64,000 nt of DNA, from the NCBI RefSeq assembly GCF_009914755.1, contig NC_060938.1. The stretch is one strand, 5' to 3'. The position numbers were made by a program, and so were the translations under genes. The stretch comes from the human T2T-CHM13v2.0 reference genome, Homo sapiens. Below are positions 43,162 to 57,131 of this stretch, one piece after another. Numbering within the stretch: the stretch's first letter is position 1; the number at the start of each line of letters is the position of its first letter. The notes under the pieces were generated by a model. It did no database searches and was not told the origin of the DNA. It worked only from the letters and a program-made list of their open reading frames with translations.

Positions 43162-44267
43162 GTAAGTGTTTGAATTTTATTGTAATTCTCTGTCATATGT
43201 TATTATTTCCACACAGTTTGGTGGACTAATTATAAGCTCTATTTTTCTCATATTTTCCAGAAAGTATTTATTTTTATATGGTATATACTGCATATAAACA
43301 AAATCAAGTTTGAACTTTTTTTATTCCAATTAGCCATGTTCAAATCTTTTCACTTAGGCCAATATGGACCATAGTCATATTGCGCTTTGTATGAAAGTTT
43401 ACTCCCGTGGTACCTTTCCCAGCATAAATTTGGGCTTATAATTGAGACTCAACAAAGACCAAGAAAGCAAAATGGAACAGAAGTTGTCTATGCCATATCA
43501 CTCATTCTTCGGTTACTCCTCAAGACGTGCATTGTGTCTTACTCTCTGTGGGAGATAGAGTAGCTTTCAGTCCAGGATAAGTGGTATGACATGCACAGAA
43601 CACGTGATGGAAAGTGAGGCCATCAGAAGATACTGATAAAAGAGTTGTGGCATTCAAGGAGGAGACAACTTACATCTTGGAGAGAGCAGGGAAAGTGCTA
43701 GGAAGAAGGTGCCAGCATTAAGGTAAGCCTTAAACGTACATAGGGCATAGCCATGCCGTGATGGGCTAGGTCAGTGGTCCAACAGAAGCTAGCATAAGCA
43801 GAGGCAGGGGGAACCATGTGACACATTGTCAGCCCAGCCAGGAGCTTGATTTGGCAGGAAGGAAATGATGAGACCCTGGGTGGATAGGTAGACTGGGTCA
43901 GACCACGATAAGCCTCGAATGCCAGACTTCAGAAATTTGGCTTCAGTGGGTGAACAATGCAGTAATTAAAAGGTTTCGTGAAAATGACAGACTTAACATT
44001 AAAGTCATTGTGTTGATTTGTTAGCTAAGATTTTAGTTAGATTTATATACATGCCTTCCTCACTGGTTGTGAAGTTCTTGAAGAAGGAGACCATGTTGGA
44101 ATCAGTTTTGTACCCCTGGCAGAGTGTCTGACATCTAGTGTGATCAGGATTATGTGAGGAGAGTGGCATGTAGGAAGGATTGGAGTGGGCAAAGAGAAGC
44201 TGAAGACAGAGCAGTTCAGACCCCAGTGATATAGGGACTGAGCTAAGGTTGAGGCAACTGGAGGGAC

Positions 44268-44600
44268 AGTTTCTTCATCCATTCAGGCTGCTATAACAAT
44301 ATGCCTTAGACCCAATAATTTACACACAACAGAAACTTAACTCTTCACAGTTGTAGAGACTGGGAGGTGTAAGATCAAGGTGCTGGCAGATTCTGTGTCT
44401 GGTAAGGGTTTGTTCCTCATAAAAGGGCTCCTTGCTGCATCCTCAAATGGTGGAAGGGAGGAACAAGCCCCTTGGGCCTCTTTTATAAGGGCAGTAATCC
44501 CATTCAGAATCATTTCCCAAAGGCCTCACTTCTTCATACCGCCACCTTGGGAATTAGGTCTCAAGCTATGAATTAGGACATAAACATTCAGACCATAGCA
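44268..44600 (-). mobile_element. ERVL-MaLR (MLT1A/MST-like) solo LTR
   Basis: tccattcaggctgctataacaa...aagatcaaggtgctggcagatt...cattcagaccatagca. Confidence 0.85.
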
Positions 44601-44706
44601 GAAAGAAAAGGAAGCATGGGCAGTGCTGAGATGGATTCCACAGGACTGTGCTAGAAGGAAAAGGAAGCATGGGCAGTGCTGCTGAGATGGATTCCGCGGG
44701 ACTGTG
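44600..44706 (+). repeat. Tandem duplication of a ~53-bp unit
   Basis: agaaagaaaaggaagcatgggcagtgctgagatggattccacaggactgtg, repeated with a 3-nt insertion and a few substitutions. Confidence 0.92.
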
Positions 44707-45063
44707 TTTAGTTGTGCTCTTTCTTTTTCCACGGCAAAGCTTGCTGTTTAGGGAGTTAATTTCAGATTGGAATATGAGAAGAAAATTTATTTATGTGACT
44801 CTTTTCCTTTTTGGCATTTTCTTTGTTTACATGACTTTTTTTTTAAGAAAGTTAAATTTTAAATAATTTATGAAGCTAGAGTTTGGGGGATTTATATGTA
44901 TAAAATTTCCTTCAAGCTTCTAGAGTATCGGAGTATTTGTGAATGATAAAAAGAAAGGTAGGGGAATGAGGAAGACCAGTTTATTACGAAGGCCAAAATT
45001 TATTGTATCTATTTCTGTGTGACCTTTGATAACAAAAATCAAGAACTTTTGTTTCCCTTTTAG

Positions 45064-45195
45064 GTGACAGGAGCCTGTTGCCTCTTTCTGGCTGGGAAAG
45101 TAGAAGAAACACCAAAAAAATGTAAAGATATCATCAAAACAGCTCGTAGTTTATTAAATGATGTACAATTTGGCCAGTTTGGAGATGACCCAAAG
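45064..45195 (+). CDS. CCNK: CCNK exon 4 ([44 protein letters not shown])
   Basis: ORF track 45064; LFLAGKVEE cyclin motif; 132 nt; AAG|gtaaga donor. Confidence 0.97.
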
Positions 45196-45903
45196 GTAAG
45201 AATGATAATAACTTCCTGCCTTCTGGTCTTGATTCCTTATGGTAGTATTGTACAGTTCCACATGTTGACAGTGCCTGTAGCCCTTGTGTCTGCCAGTCTC
45301 TTGAGTTCCTAAGAGGGCCTTCTGTAGAAGTTACTTGATGCTTTTGTAAGAAAGGAGGGAAGATCGTGTAGCCTACACTTACTCAGTGCTTCCTTATGTG
45401 CCCAGCAGTATTCTAAGTACTTTGGGGCAGTGGCACATTTCATGGATATGAGCAAAAATCCTCTTAATTGCCATTAGGACTCTGCTTCTTAAGTGCAGTG
45501 GTGATGGCAGGGTTACAACTCCAGCTAGCTTCTGGGTCAAACAAAAGTATGTATGCTGTATGTACACATACACATGCCTACATATGCCATGTGTCTTTTG
45601 CTTCTAAAGAATGTTGGAAGGTATCAACATTTGCAGCATTTTTATGCACCCAGAGCTTGATACTGGTCACACCAGCCATCCTATCTTTTCCATACAGCTC
45701 ACGCCAGTGTCAGCAAGTGGTGCTCAAATAATTGTACATATTTTGTTGTGTTTTTAAAATACCACTTTTAGGGACCCATGGCAGTGTTCCTCCACTCCCA
45801 TTCGCATCAAGTTCCCCTTGTTGCAACCTCAGTAACACCTGTTAATTATCCTTCATAACATTTATCACAGTTTGCAATTAAATAGATTTTCAAAAATACT
45901 TTA

Positions 45904-46960
<1,057 letters not shown>

Positions 46961-48604
46961 GTAGTATCCATTAGATGATTTTTATCAAATTATCACACAC
47001 ATAACTCCCTCCCCTTCTCAGCTGTAAGATGCATGAAAGCAAAGACTATCTGTTTTGTCTAATGCCTCATTCAGTGGCAGGACAGAGTAGGCATTCAGCA
47101 AGTACTCGTGGAATAAATGTCAAACTAATGGTCTGAGGAAATTTCTAAATCACAGTTAAAGCTAAAGCGATGAAGTTCAGCCCCATTCATGGTGTTGTTT
47201 TTCCTAACTAGCTTGTATTGTCTCACAATAGTTATCTTTTTCTCTGCCAAGCATTATGTATGTATATACAAAATGTATAGTCATTCTCCTCATTGCTTTG
47301 AGGAGTTAACAAGGGCCCAGAACACTTTTATACATATTGTGGTTGTGATTAACACTAGTATTTTCTAAGTATTGCCAATGTGGGTAACTCTTTTGAACTT
47401 AATTATAAATCCATTAATCTGTTTATAAACATTTGAACCTATTAGGAACTCATATTAACTATAACCAAAAATGCAGTTTTATAGAAATAATTTCACCATC
47501 AGATAATGTTTTCAATGTGCATGGGTATTTGATTTTTACTGAGTAGTGGGGCCCTGTGTCCTAACGTGATAAGTCTGATTGTAGGAACATGCTGTGGTTC
47601 AGTCACACCCCCGTCACAGGGGCAGGTGAACCTTGTGGCTGGCAAGCTGTGCTTAAGGATAAGGCATCACACAGATCTGGGACCACAGCAGGGCATGGAC
47701 TCGTGGCAGCTGCTGGTTTGTGCCATCCCAGGGTGCCTTGGAGAAGCCCCCTTTACTTTTAGCCTTTACCCACTGTACCATGAAGTCAGGAAACCAAGCC
47801 CCAGTCCAGGAACAGTGAAAGTAGAAGTTCTGAAGCTCCTGTGCCCCAGAAAATGGGAAAAGAGGGGTCACCATACCAATTAGGTCTGAATGGGGGAGGG
47901 GGCTTTGCAACCTGCCCCCTGCCTCTCTATCTCGCGCAGTCTTCCCTGGTCGGAGTCGGGGCCAAAGGAAAACACCTGGAGCTGGGAGCAGTGAAGACAT
48001 TGGGGAAGATGTTTTCCTCTGCAGACAGGAGGGCAATTCTTTAGTGGAGGCAGTATAAGTATTTAGGAAAAATAAGATCATGAGTCCCATGGAACATTTT
48101 TTGCCTTAATTAGCTTTATTTTAATTGTGTGGCTTTTCTCTGTAATATTCGTTTCAGCCTTTGTGTTGGGCACTAGACATGAGGCACGAGGCAGAACAGA
48201 CATGGTCTCTGCTCTCATGGACTCTGCAGTTGAGTGGCAGGATAAATTTTAATCAAATGAGTATATAACTATTTGATGATGAGTTGTGGTGTACGCTGTA
48301 AAAGGTCATTTAAGGTGCTGTGATAGCATTCCACCCAGGGACCCAGGCAAGTCCCCCGGATAAATAGGGGCTGAGGGAAGGCGTTCCTGAGGAATGATGT
48401 TTGCTCAAAGACCTATAATGACCCCATTAATTGAATATTTGGAAGACAGAGGGAGGGCAGGCCCTGGGCTATCCTGTAACAGTATGTGGGCTACAGCCTG
48501 CAAGCCAATTGGTACACTTGGTAAAAAGAATTGTTTCTAAATTTAGAGGAAGTGTTGAAGCTTCTGGGAAGCAGGTGGTGACAATGACATTCAAAGAAAA
48601 AAAT

Positions 48605-48904
<300 letters not shown>

Positions 48905-50331
48905 AGTTTTTTTTACACTGTGTGAAAGTTTCTAAGATTTTAAAAAACTTTCATGAGAAAATGCTTGGGAAACTAAGATTGAAAAACCTTAGTCTTGCCA
49001 TGTAATTTGGAATAATAATTATAGAATCATCTCTGTATCCTATAAAATAATACCATGCTTCTAAATGAAAGCCAGTGACCTGTGGGTCTCTGCACCTGTT
49101 GATGAGATTTACAGTCCTCTACAACGCCCTGTCTTTGATGCCAAACAAGGAATTCTCTCAAATTGTCCTCCCCGCACACAGTGTCTTGGTTGTGGTTTAT
49201 GTTGTCTTTAAGCAGTAGGTACAGTCGGCTGTACAGGGGCTGAGTTCAAGACATTAGTTAGAGAGTATCATCAAAGAGGACATTCCATTAACGATAGCAA
49301 CAGTAAAATATCCAAGGTTAAACCTTGTGGAAACCTCGTTAGTGGGGTGGAAAGGACTTTAAAACAACTAAAGGACTGAAAAGATATTAATAAATTTTTG
49401 GAAGGAAACTTCAATATGGTTAAAAATCTCCATTCTCCCTAATTATTCTATAAATCCTCTGAGTTTCCAATGAGAATATTAATAGCATGTATGTTTTCTG
49501 TAATGATACTAAGTAAAATGGTTACTAAAATTTGAGTGAGGGGGACATGCAGAACCCAGAAACTGTTTGAAAAAGAGAAGTAATACTGGAGCTATTGTAT
49601 CCCACCCAAATCCCTTTGATCCTGGTCCAGGAGTAGACAGGCAGATCAGTGAACAGAAAAGATAGTGTGTGTGTAGGCAGACATACACACGTAGTTTAGG
49701 AGGTGATTTAGGTAGCATTTTAAATAAAATTGGAAATGATCATTTATTCAGTAAGTGTTGTTGGGATGATTTATTTCAAATAAATGAAAGATTTAAACAC
49801 AAAATTGATTTGCCCCCATTTGCACGTAATACACTATATGTGTACATGAGTATATATACACACACATACACACACACTGGTACAATTTATCTCTGAGTTT
49901 TCATGAGGCTGGCTATCATAAACTCTTTCTTGCTTAAAATGTTTTCAATGAAAATTCCTAAAAGATTGCATTTTTAAAATTTGAGGTCTTGAAAGAAATT
50001 ACAATTTAGTCAAATTATCAATAACGTAAAGATCTGTTTTGTAAAGGGAGACTCATGTATGTATTGAAAATAATAATATTTTTAAGGATCTTTTGTTTTC
50101 AGTATTTTTTTTTACATTACACCTCTGCTTTGTCTTCCTGTTTGAGATCTTTTCAGAATTTATCAGTGTCTCTGAGCATGTTAAAAGTCTGAGTGGGAGA
50201 GAAAGGAAGGAAAGGCAGTTGCTAAAATATAACTTGAAGAGAGAATAAATAGACAGGAAAGCTCACTTTTGTAATGCTGCTTGAGACCTGCAATTGTAAT
50301 TACTGTCCTAACATTTGTGATTGATTTTTAG

Positions 50332-50437
50332 GAGGAAGTAATGGTTCTGGAGAGAATCTTACTGCAGACCATCAAGTTTGATTTACAGGTAGAACATCCA
50401 TACCAGTTCCTACTAAAATATGCAAAGCAACTCAAAG
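50332..50437 (+). CDS. CCNK: CCNK exon 5 ([35 protein letters not shown])
   Basis: tttag| acceptor, G|gtaaga donor, 106 nt. Confidence 0.96.
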
Positions 50438-50921
50438 GTAAGAAGAAAGTTTTCAGAAGAATTTTTTCATTCTGAAATCAAGTCTTTATAATTTGATGAC
50501 ACTCAAATTACGCTTCTCAAAAGCGGAAAACAAAGTTTGATGTGTGAAATACCAAGGGCATGGCTTGCTCAGTCAATTCAGCATTGCAGCTGCTAATGCT
50601 GTTTCCTTTTATGTATAAACAGGCTCTGTCATCCAGTTGCCAAGTGATGGGAGAGGCAGGAAAATGAGGCAGAATTTTTTAAATGGACTAATAAACTTAG
50701 CCTTGGAGCCAGGTTTTCCATACATGGTGGTTCAGCGTAGGTCATGAGGAGGAAGAAGGGGTAGGATGTGGACCCACATCATTCATCCTTGTTTCCCACG
50801 CAAAAGCTCTTTGCTGTGTATTTGAGTGGTGCTGAACACGTGGTAGGTTTTTAATAAATACTTGATGCTGCCTGTGAATTTTTCTATTGCTATTAATTTA
50901 CCTTTTTGTCCCCATTTCTAG

Positions 50922-50979
50922 GTGATAAAAACAAAATTCAAAAGTTGGTTCAAATGGCATGGACATTTGTAAATGACAG
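50922..50979 (+). CDS. CCNK: CCNK exon 6 ([20 protein letters not shown])
   Basis: tctag| acceptor, AG|gtatac donor, 58 nt. Confidence 0.95.
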
Positions 50980-51770
50980 GTATACATGTTCAAATGTTGA
51001 TTAATTACAGTATTTTAAAATAGGCAGAGACTTTATGGACCATTTCATCTAAACCCCTCATTTTGTGTCAGAAGAAACTGACTTGCCCTGGCTTGAGGAG
51101 CCAGTTAATGGCAAAGCTGGGGCTGACGTCCAGGTCATCTGCTTCCCGGCAGAGGGTTTCCTTCTGCCCTGCCGTGTCATGGTGTTGTGAGGTGCTGAAA
51201 TTTTATCACCAGTCTGAAACATAAATCCAAAACAATACACTGGAGAATTTTGAAAACTAATTACTTAGAGCCCATTTGGTTTTGCAAAAATATACTTCCT
51301 GGTATAGTTTTAGAGCCTTAACACTCTTTTGAGAGGCCAGGGATCTAATGAGGGGCCGTGGTGGGAAACAGAATGCCTGTGAATGGAGTTGCTGCCAGCC
51401 CCATCCCACTGCAGTCAGTGAAGCTTCTCTTACATTTGACTTCCTCCATAAGATTTCATTTGAAGAAACAGTTGAGTGGCTAGGATTTCAACAGTTTAAA
51501 TAACATAAGTCATTTTCATTGGTGTAGCAATTTTTGGATGTGCTAGAATTCTTCTGATTCTTTAAGGAATAGAGAAATTACTAACTATGGTTAAAGTAAC
51601 TTAGTTGGGTACCTTTAGAAGAGTAAAGACGAGTTTATTTATTTATAGTACTTTAATTAAATTTAGGGGAGAATAAGCAAATTAATGGTTAGTTATGGCA
51701 TCTCCATGCACTGGTTTAATCATAAATATTAGATCATATTATCTAACCTTTTTTTTTCTTGTTGAACTAG

Positions 51771-51940
51771 TCTCTGCACCACCTTGTCACTGCAGTGGGA
51801 ACCAGAGATCATAGCAGTAGCAGTGATGTATCTCGCAGGACGTTTGTGCAAATTTGAAATACAAGAATGGACCTCCAAACCCATGTATAGGAGATGGTGG
51901 GAGCAGTTTGTTCAAGATGTCCCGGTCGACGTTTTGGAAG
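51771..51940 (+). CDS. CCNK: CCNK exon 7 ([56 protein letters not shown])
   Basis: ORF track 51784; 170 nt; donor AAG|gtacca. Confidence 0.96.
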
Positions 51941-52282
51941 GTACCAGGCATGCTAAGCGTTCTCGTGAGGGTGTTCCATGTTGAGATGATTCTTCCATGT
52001 GTACCCTGAGTCCCAAGAATGGATTTTCCCAGATAGACATATGTGAGCAATATTTCAGAAGCATCATTAATTAAATTATCTAATAGTTTCCACTTTGTCC
52101 AAACACATACTTTTGGTAAACTAAAAATACACACCAGTGTTGCACACAACGAAGATGGGGTGAGTTGTAAATGTGATTCATGCTTAGGTCCTCGTAGGGG
52201 TATCATAACTGATTCTTTATCCAGGTAAAATTTTATTTAAAATACCAATTTGTGTAAAATGTAATTGTTGGCTATCATTTAG

Positions 52283-52548
52283 ACATCTGCCACCAAATCC
52301 TGGATCTTTACTCACAAGGAAAACAACAGATGCCTCATCACACCCCCCATCAGCTGCAACAGCCCCCATCTCTTCAGCCTACACCACAAGTGCCGCAAGT
52401 ACAGCAGTCACAGCCGTCTCAAAGCTCCGAACCATCCCAGCCCCAGCAGAAGGACCCCCAGCAACCAGCCCAGCAGCAGCAGCCAGCCCAACAGCCCAAG
52501 AAACCCTCTCCGCAGCCCAGTTCTCCCCGACAGGTTAAGCGAGCCGTG
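52283..52548 (+). CDS. CCNK: CCNK exon 8 ([24 protein letters not shown]...PRQVKRAV), Q/P-rich
   Basis: ORF track 52330; tttag| acceptor, GTG|gtgagt donor; 266 nt. Confidence 0.96.
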
Positions 52549-53174
52549 GTGAGTGGGCTAAAGCAGGCCCTGGGTAGAGCAGGCTTTCCAGGTGGCGGCA
52601 ACACCTGAGCACTGTTCCCATTTCTAAGCGAGCACAGGGAACACCGGAAGCAGGGGGTGTTCGCCGAAACTCGCAGTCCGACTGCTTGTCGGTGGGGAGC
52701 CTGAAAACAAAGGTGCTCCAAGGACAGGCTGCCTCTGAGAACCAGGAGGGGGCTCTCTGCCCGGCTCCAGCCCTGCTGCCTGTTTCATCCCTGCCAGGGT
52801 TCTGAAGCCTGTCGGTGTCGTTGCCGTGTCCTAGCAGTGTCGTTGTGCATGCTGCTTCTGTGCAGCTGCCTGACCCCAAACAGTGGACCGTTTCCTGCAC
52901 CCAAGTGGTCCTGAAACTTAGTGTTTACTCAGAACTCACCATTCAGGAAAGCTAGTCATTCTGTCTTATTTGGTAAATGGAAAGAGGAAGGGAGCAGAAA
53001 TGATGATCTGGTAGGTGCCGTGGTTTGCCCTGAAAGTTCAGGCTAGAAATAATTTTTGTCCGAGGCTGTTCACAGTGACTGCCGTCGCTGATTCTGGTGG
53101 TACCTGGATAATCCATTTTTTTCTCATCATACTCAGGATCCCAGTTAACAATTGTGTATTTTCTTTTGTAACAG

Positions 53175-53208
53175 GTTGTTTCTCCCAAAGAAGAGAACAA
53201 AGCAGCAG
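53175..53208 (+). CDS. CCNK: CCNK exon 9 (VVSPKEENKAA), 34-nt small exon
   Basis: taacag| acceptor, CAG|gtaatt donor; phase-consistent. Confidence 0.93.
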
Positions 53209-54014
53209 GTAATTTCCTGTTCTGATGTTTTTTTAGTTTTATGTGTTTATATGCAAAACTTTAAATTCTTAGCCAACATTGTTTCTTTTCAGATCTAAAT
53301 TGGCCTTAAATCTTAACTTTAGAGCTCATACAAAACTTTTCCATCAGCATTGTCTTTCTGTTCATCACCTGATCATAGATTCTAAAATTGTGCTCTTACG
53401 AAGCTATCAGTACAGAAAACATTACTGGCAATAAAAATGTACTCAGTAACATATATAAAAGTATAATTATGGCTGTAGGAGAACTGTTGCTGCAATTTTA
53501 TTTTTAGAGACTATTTACCCCCATCACAGCAGCAGGAGTCCTCTCCCAAGCACCAAGCCACAGCAGATGCGGGGGGGCAGTAGGGGGTGGTGTGCTGCCC
53601 GGACAGCACCAGCCCGGCCCAGCCCAGCTGCCCTTGCAGGCAAGGCCTCTTTGAAACACACTTGGGTTGAGGTGCTGTCACATGTCTAGAACCCAAAGTT
53701 AGTTCATGTCAATATTGGAAATAAACAGAAGGAGTGAGCAAAATTGGAACAATTACAAAACAGAAAGTTAGAAATGTTTTGTCACAGGGTCAGTCCACCT
53801 ATCATACTGAACTCTTTGAAGGCACAGACCCTATTGACTCATTTGTCTTTCTTTGTTACTTGGTTCTTAGTTCCAGTAGTTCCTGGTTCTTAGAACCATG
53901 TTCTCGGTTCTTAGTTCCATTCATTAAACTGCTGTGAAATCTTCCAGTTATGATAGAGCTACTTTTTTTTTTTTTCCAGTATATTTGAGGGAATGATGAG
54001 TTCAGTACAGGTGA

Positions 54015-54332
<318 letters not shown>

Positions 54333-54884
54333 TAGCTTCAAATTGACCGACATTAAATGTTAGACACAAGAACGGGCTACACTCCATGCCACATGAAATG
54401 CAATTGAGTTGACGTGCAGGTCTGTCAGAGGCAGGAAACAAACTATATATGACCTTGAAGGAAGAGTTGCATTTGAGCAGCGAGAGCAGAGGGGGAGGAT
54501 GGAGCAGTAAGTTGGAAGTACGCAAGTGAGCAAAGGAATTGAGAATCAGGGGAAATGGAGAGGAGTCTTTCTGGAATGTGATGAATTGAAAGGCAATAGC
54601 TTCTGATAGGATCTAAAATGTGGGTTAGGACCAGATCACAGAGTTTACCTGGAGGACTGTGAGTTTGGCAGAGGCAAGGGAAGCCATTGGAGATTTAGCA
54701 GGGGAATGGCAGAGTCTAAATTCATTTGAGAAGGAGTCCCCTGGCAGCAGTAAATAGGGCAAGTGGTTAGGAATGGGGAGAATCTTGCTGGCACTCATGG
54801 GAAACATGGTGGCCTCAGCATGCTGGCTGCGGGGCAGGAAGGGCAGATCCGGAGGAAGCTTTATAGAGGAACTCAGCTGCACTG

Positions 54885-55500
54885 TGCCATGCCGAAGGCT
54901 ACTGGCTGCAGAGGGCTGCAAGCACTCGAAATGTGACTGGGTCAAATTCTGAAGCACTGACAATGCAAAATACACAGAGATTTCCAAGAAAGGAGAACGT
55001 AAGACATCTCATTAGTAAAGCTTTATATTGGTTACATGTTGAAATAAAATTTTCGATCTATCGGGTTAAATAAATTTTTATCCTTTTTCCTTTTATTTCC
55101 AGAGTCTTGCTCTGTTAATGCAGGCTGGAGTGCTCCTTTTTCTTGTTAAAGTGGTTCCTGGCACACTTGTAATCCCAGCACTTTGGGAGGCCAAGGCATG
55201 CTTTGAGCCCAGGAGTTCCAGGCCAGACTGGGCCACATAGGGTGACCCCATCACTACACAAAACTTAAAAATCAGCTCGGCGTGGTGGCGCCACACCTAT
55301 GGTCCCAGCTACTTGGGAGACTCAGGCAGCAAGATCACTTGAGCCTGGTTGGTTGAAGCTGCAGTGAGCCATGATTACATTACTACACTCCAGCCTGGGT
55401 GACAGAGCGAGACCCTGTCTCAAAAAATAAAATGGCTCCTGGAAAGTTTAAAATTGTAGATATGTGGCTCTCAGTTATATTGCTGTTGGACAGCCCTGAT
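54885..55500. mobile_element. MER3/MER33-like hAT element interrupted by Alus (AluJ-like on + at 55160-55432)
   Basis: gcactcgaaatgtgact...tatattggttacatgttgaaat...atgtggctctcagttatattgctgttggacagc flanking the Alu. Confidence 0.7.
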
Positions 55501-56640
55501 GTAGACGGCTTTAGCTAACTATTACCAGCTGTGGAAAAAGGCAGGAGGTGGGTCCCTGAGGTGAGAGTAATAGCAGTTATAGGATACAGAGGCAAAAGGT
55601 AGTGTGTGAGGTGCTGATTGGTGGGTCTAGGGATGGGCCATGGTTTTGGTGGCAAGATGGACGCTAGAAATGTAGGTTTGTAGTTGTCCACTTAGAGAGG
55701 GGCTTTGGACTCTGAGGAAGAGGGTGAAGAGAGAGGAAGTCCCTGGAACTTAAATTGAGCCTGTATTTGAGATGGAGGAAATCCAGAGAAAGAGGCCAGT
55801 GATGGCAGAGGAGACTCAGATCTGAGTGGTGTACAAGCCAGAAGAAAGTACATTTCAGGAAGAAAAAGCCTCAGCATGCAAACAGAAAAATAGGGTTCTT
55901 TTTCAGTTGTGATGTGCACGCTGCCTTCTTAAACGGATGAGATTGGACTTCCCTTGGGCTGCCTTGGAGACCTAGTGCTGTCATTGTGGATTCTGGCTGC
56001 GTGCCGCTGCCTGACCCCGGAAGGGTGGGCTGTTTCCTCCACCTCAAGGGGTCCTGACTGCTGGGCTTTTGTGAGCGGCACATTCTTCCTGCCATCAGTG
56101 TGTCAACCTCCAGAGCTCTGCTGACTCCAGTTAATGTGCTGCTTCTGACATGCTGCCAACTGGAAGTCAGTATTTGGGAAAGAGAGAATAAACTATGTCT
56201 AAGAATGAAAAGATAGAGATTCTCTTGTGGAACCCTCAGGGGACTCAGTGACATGATGTTGCTACTCTGGACCCTTCTTTGTGTCCTCTGTACCAGGGAG
56301 GACTCCAGATAGGTCATACATGCTCATGAAGACGTTGCTCTGCTGGTCTCACATGGTCGGAAGGACTTGAGTGAAGTGGTCAGCAAGGAAACTTAGGTAG
56401 ACATGGAAAATGGGCTGCCTGTGGGAAGCTCGCAGGTCTTTTGGAGGGAGGTGGCATTTAATTTGTTAACAGGATTCATGCATAATGGTTTAGCTGAAAC
56501 CTTCTTCAAGTTCCCTTAAAGCCTTGGTCATCTCTGTTGTTTTTCTCCCAAAGAAATCTCTGCCAGTACATTTTTCTTTATGACATGCTTATTCATGTGA
56601 AGAAGTATGAGTGGTTTTCTAATCTGCTTTTTCTTTGTAG

Positions 56641-56712
56641 AACCACCACCACCTAAAATCCCCAAAATTGAGACCACTCATCCACCGTTGCCTCCAGCCC
56701 ACCCACCTCCAG
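56641..56712 (+). CDS. CCNK: CCNK exon 10 ([24 protein letters not shown])
   Basis: ORF track 56607; tttgtag| acceptor, CAG|gtaagc donor; 72 nt. Confidence 0.96.
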
Positions 56713-56858
56713 GTAAGCATCTGCTGAAGCAGCTTGGCCAGCTGTGCACATCGCCTCTGAATGTTGGACGCAGCAGGTCCTGGGAACTTAGAAAAGGGAG
56801 ACTGGGGCCCAGATTGACAATGTCAGCCACAGGCAGGAATCTTTGCAAAATTGTTCTT

Positions 56859-57131
56859 GGGCTGGGCACAATGGCTTGTGTTTTTGATCCCAGCACTTTG
56901 GGAGGCGGAGGCAGGAGAATCACCTGACCCCAGGAGTTCGAGGTCAGCCTGGGCAACAAAGTGAGACCCTGTCTAAAAAATTAGCCAGGTGTGGTAGCAC
57001 ACACCTGTAGTCCCAACTACTTAGGAGTCTGAGATGGGAAGATCATTTGAGCCCTGGGCAGTCAAGGCTGCAGTGAGCTATGATTGCACCACCGTACTCC
57101 AGCCTGGGTGAGAGGGAGACCGTGTCTCAAA
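56859..57131 (+). mobile_element. Alu (AluJ-like)
   Basis: Dimeric Alu 146 nt downstream of CCNK exon 10. Confidence 0.92.

Noticed and set aside
52188-52224. Apparent 37-nt micro-exon (cttag|...CAG|gtaaaa) in CCNK intron 7
   Set aside because: Would leave only a 58-nt downstream intron, below the usual human minimum
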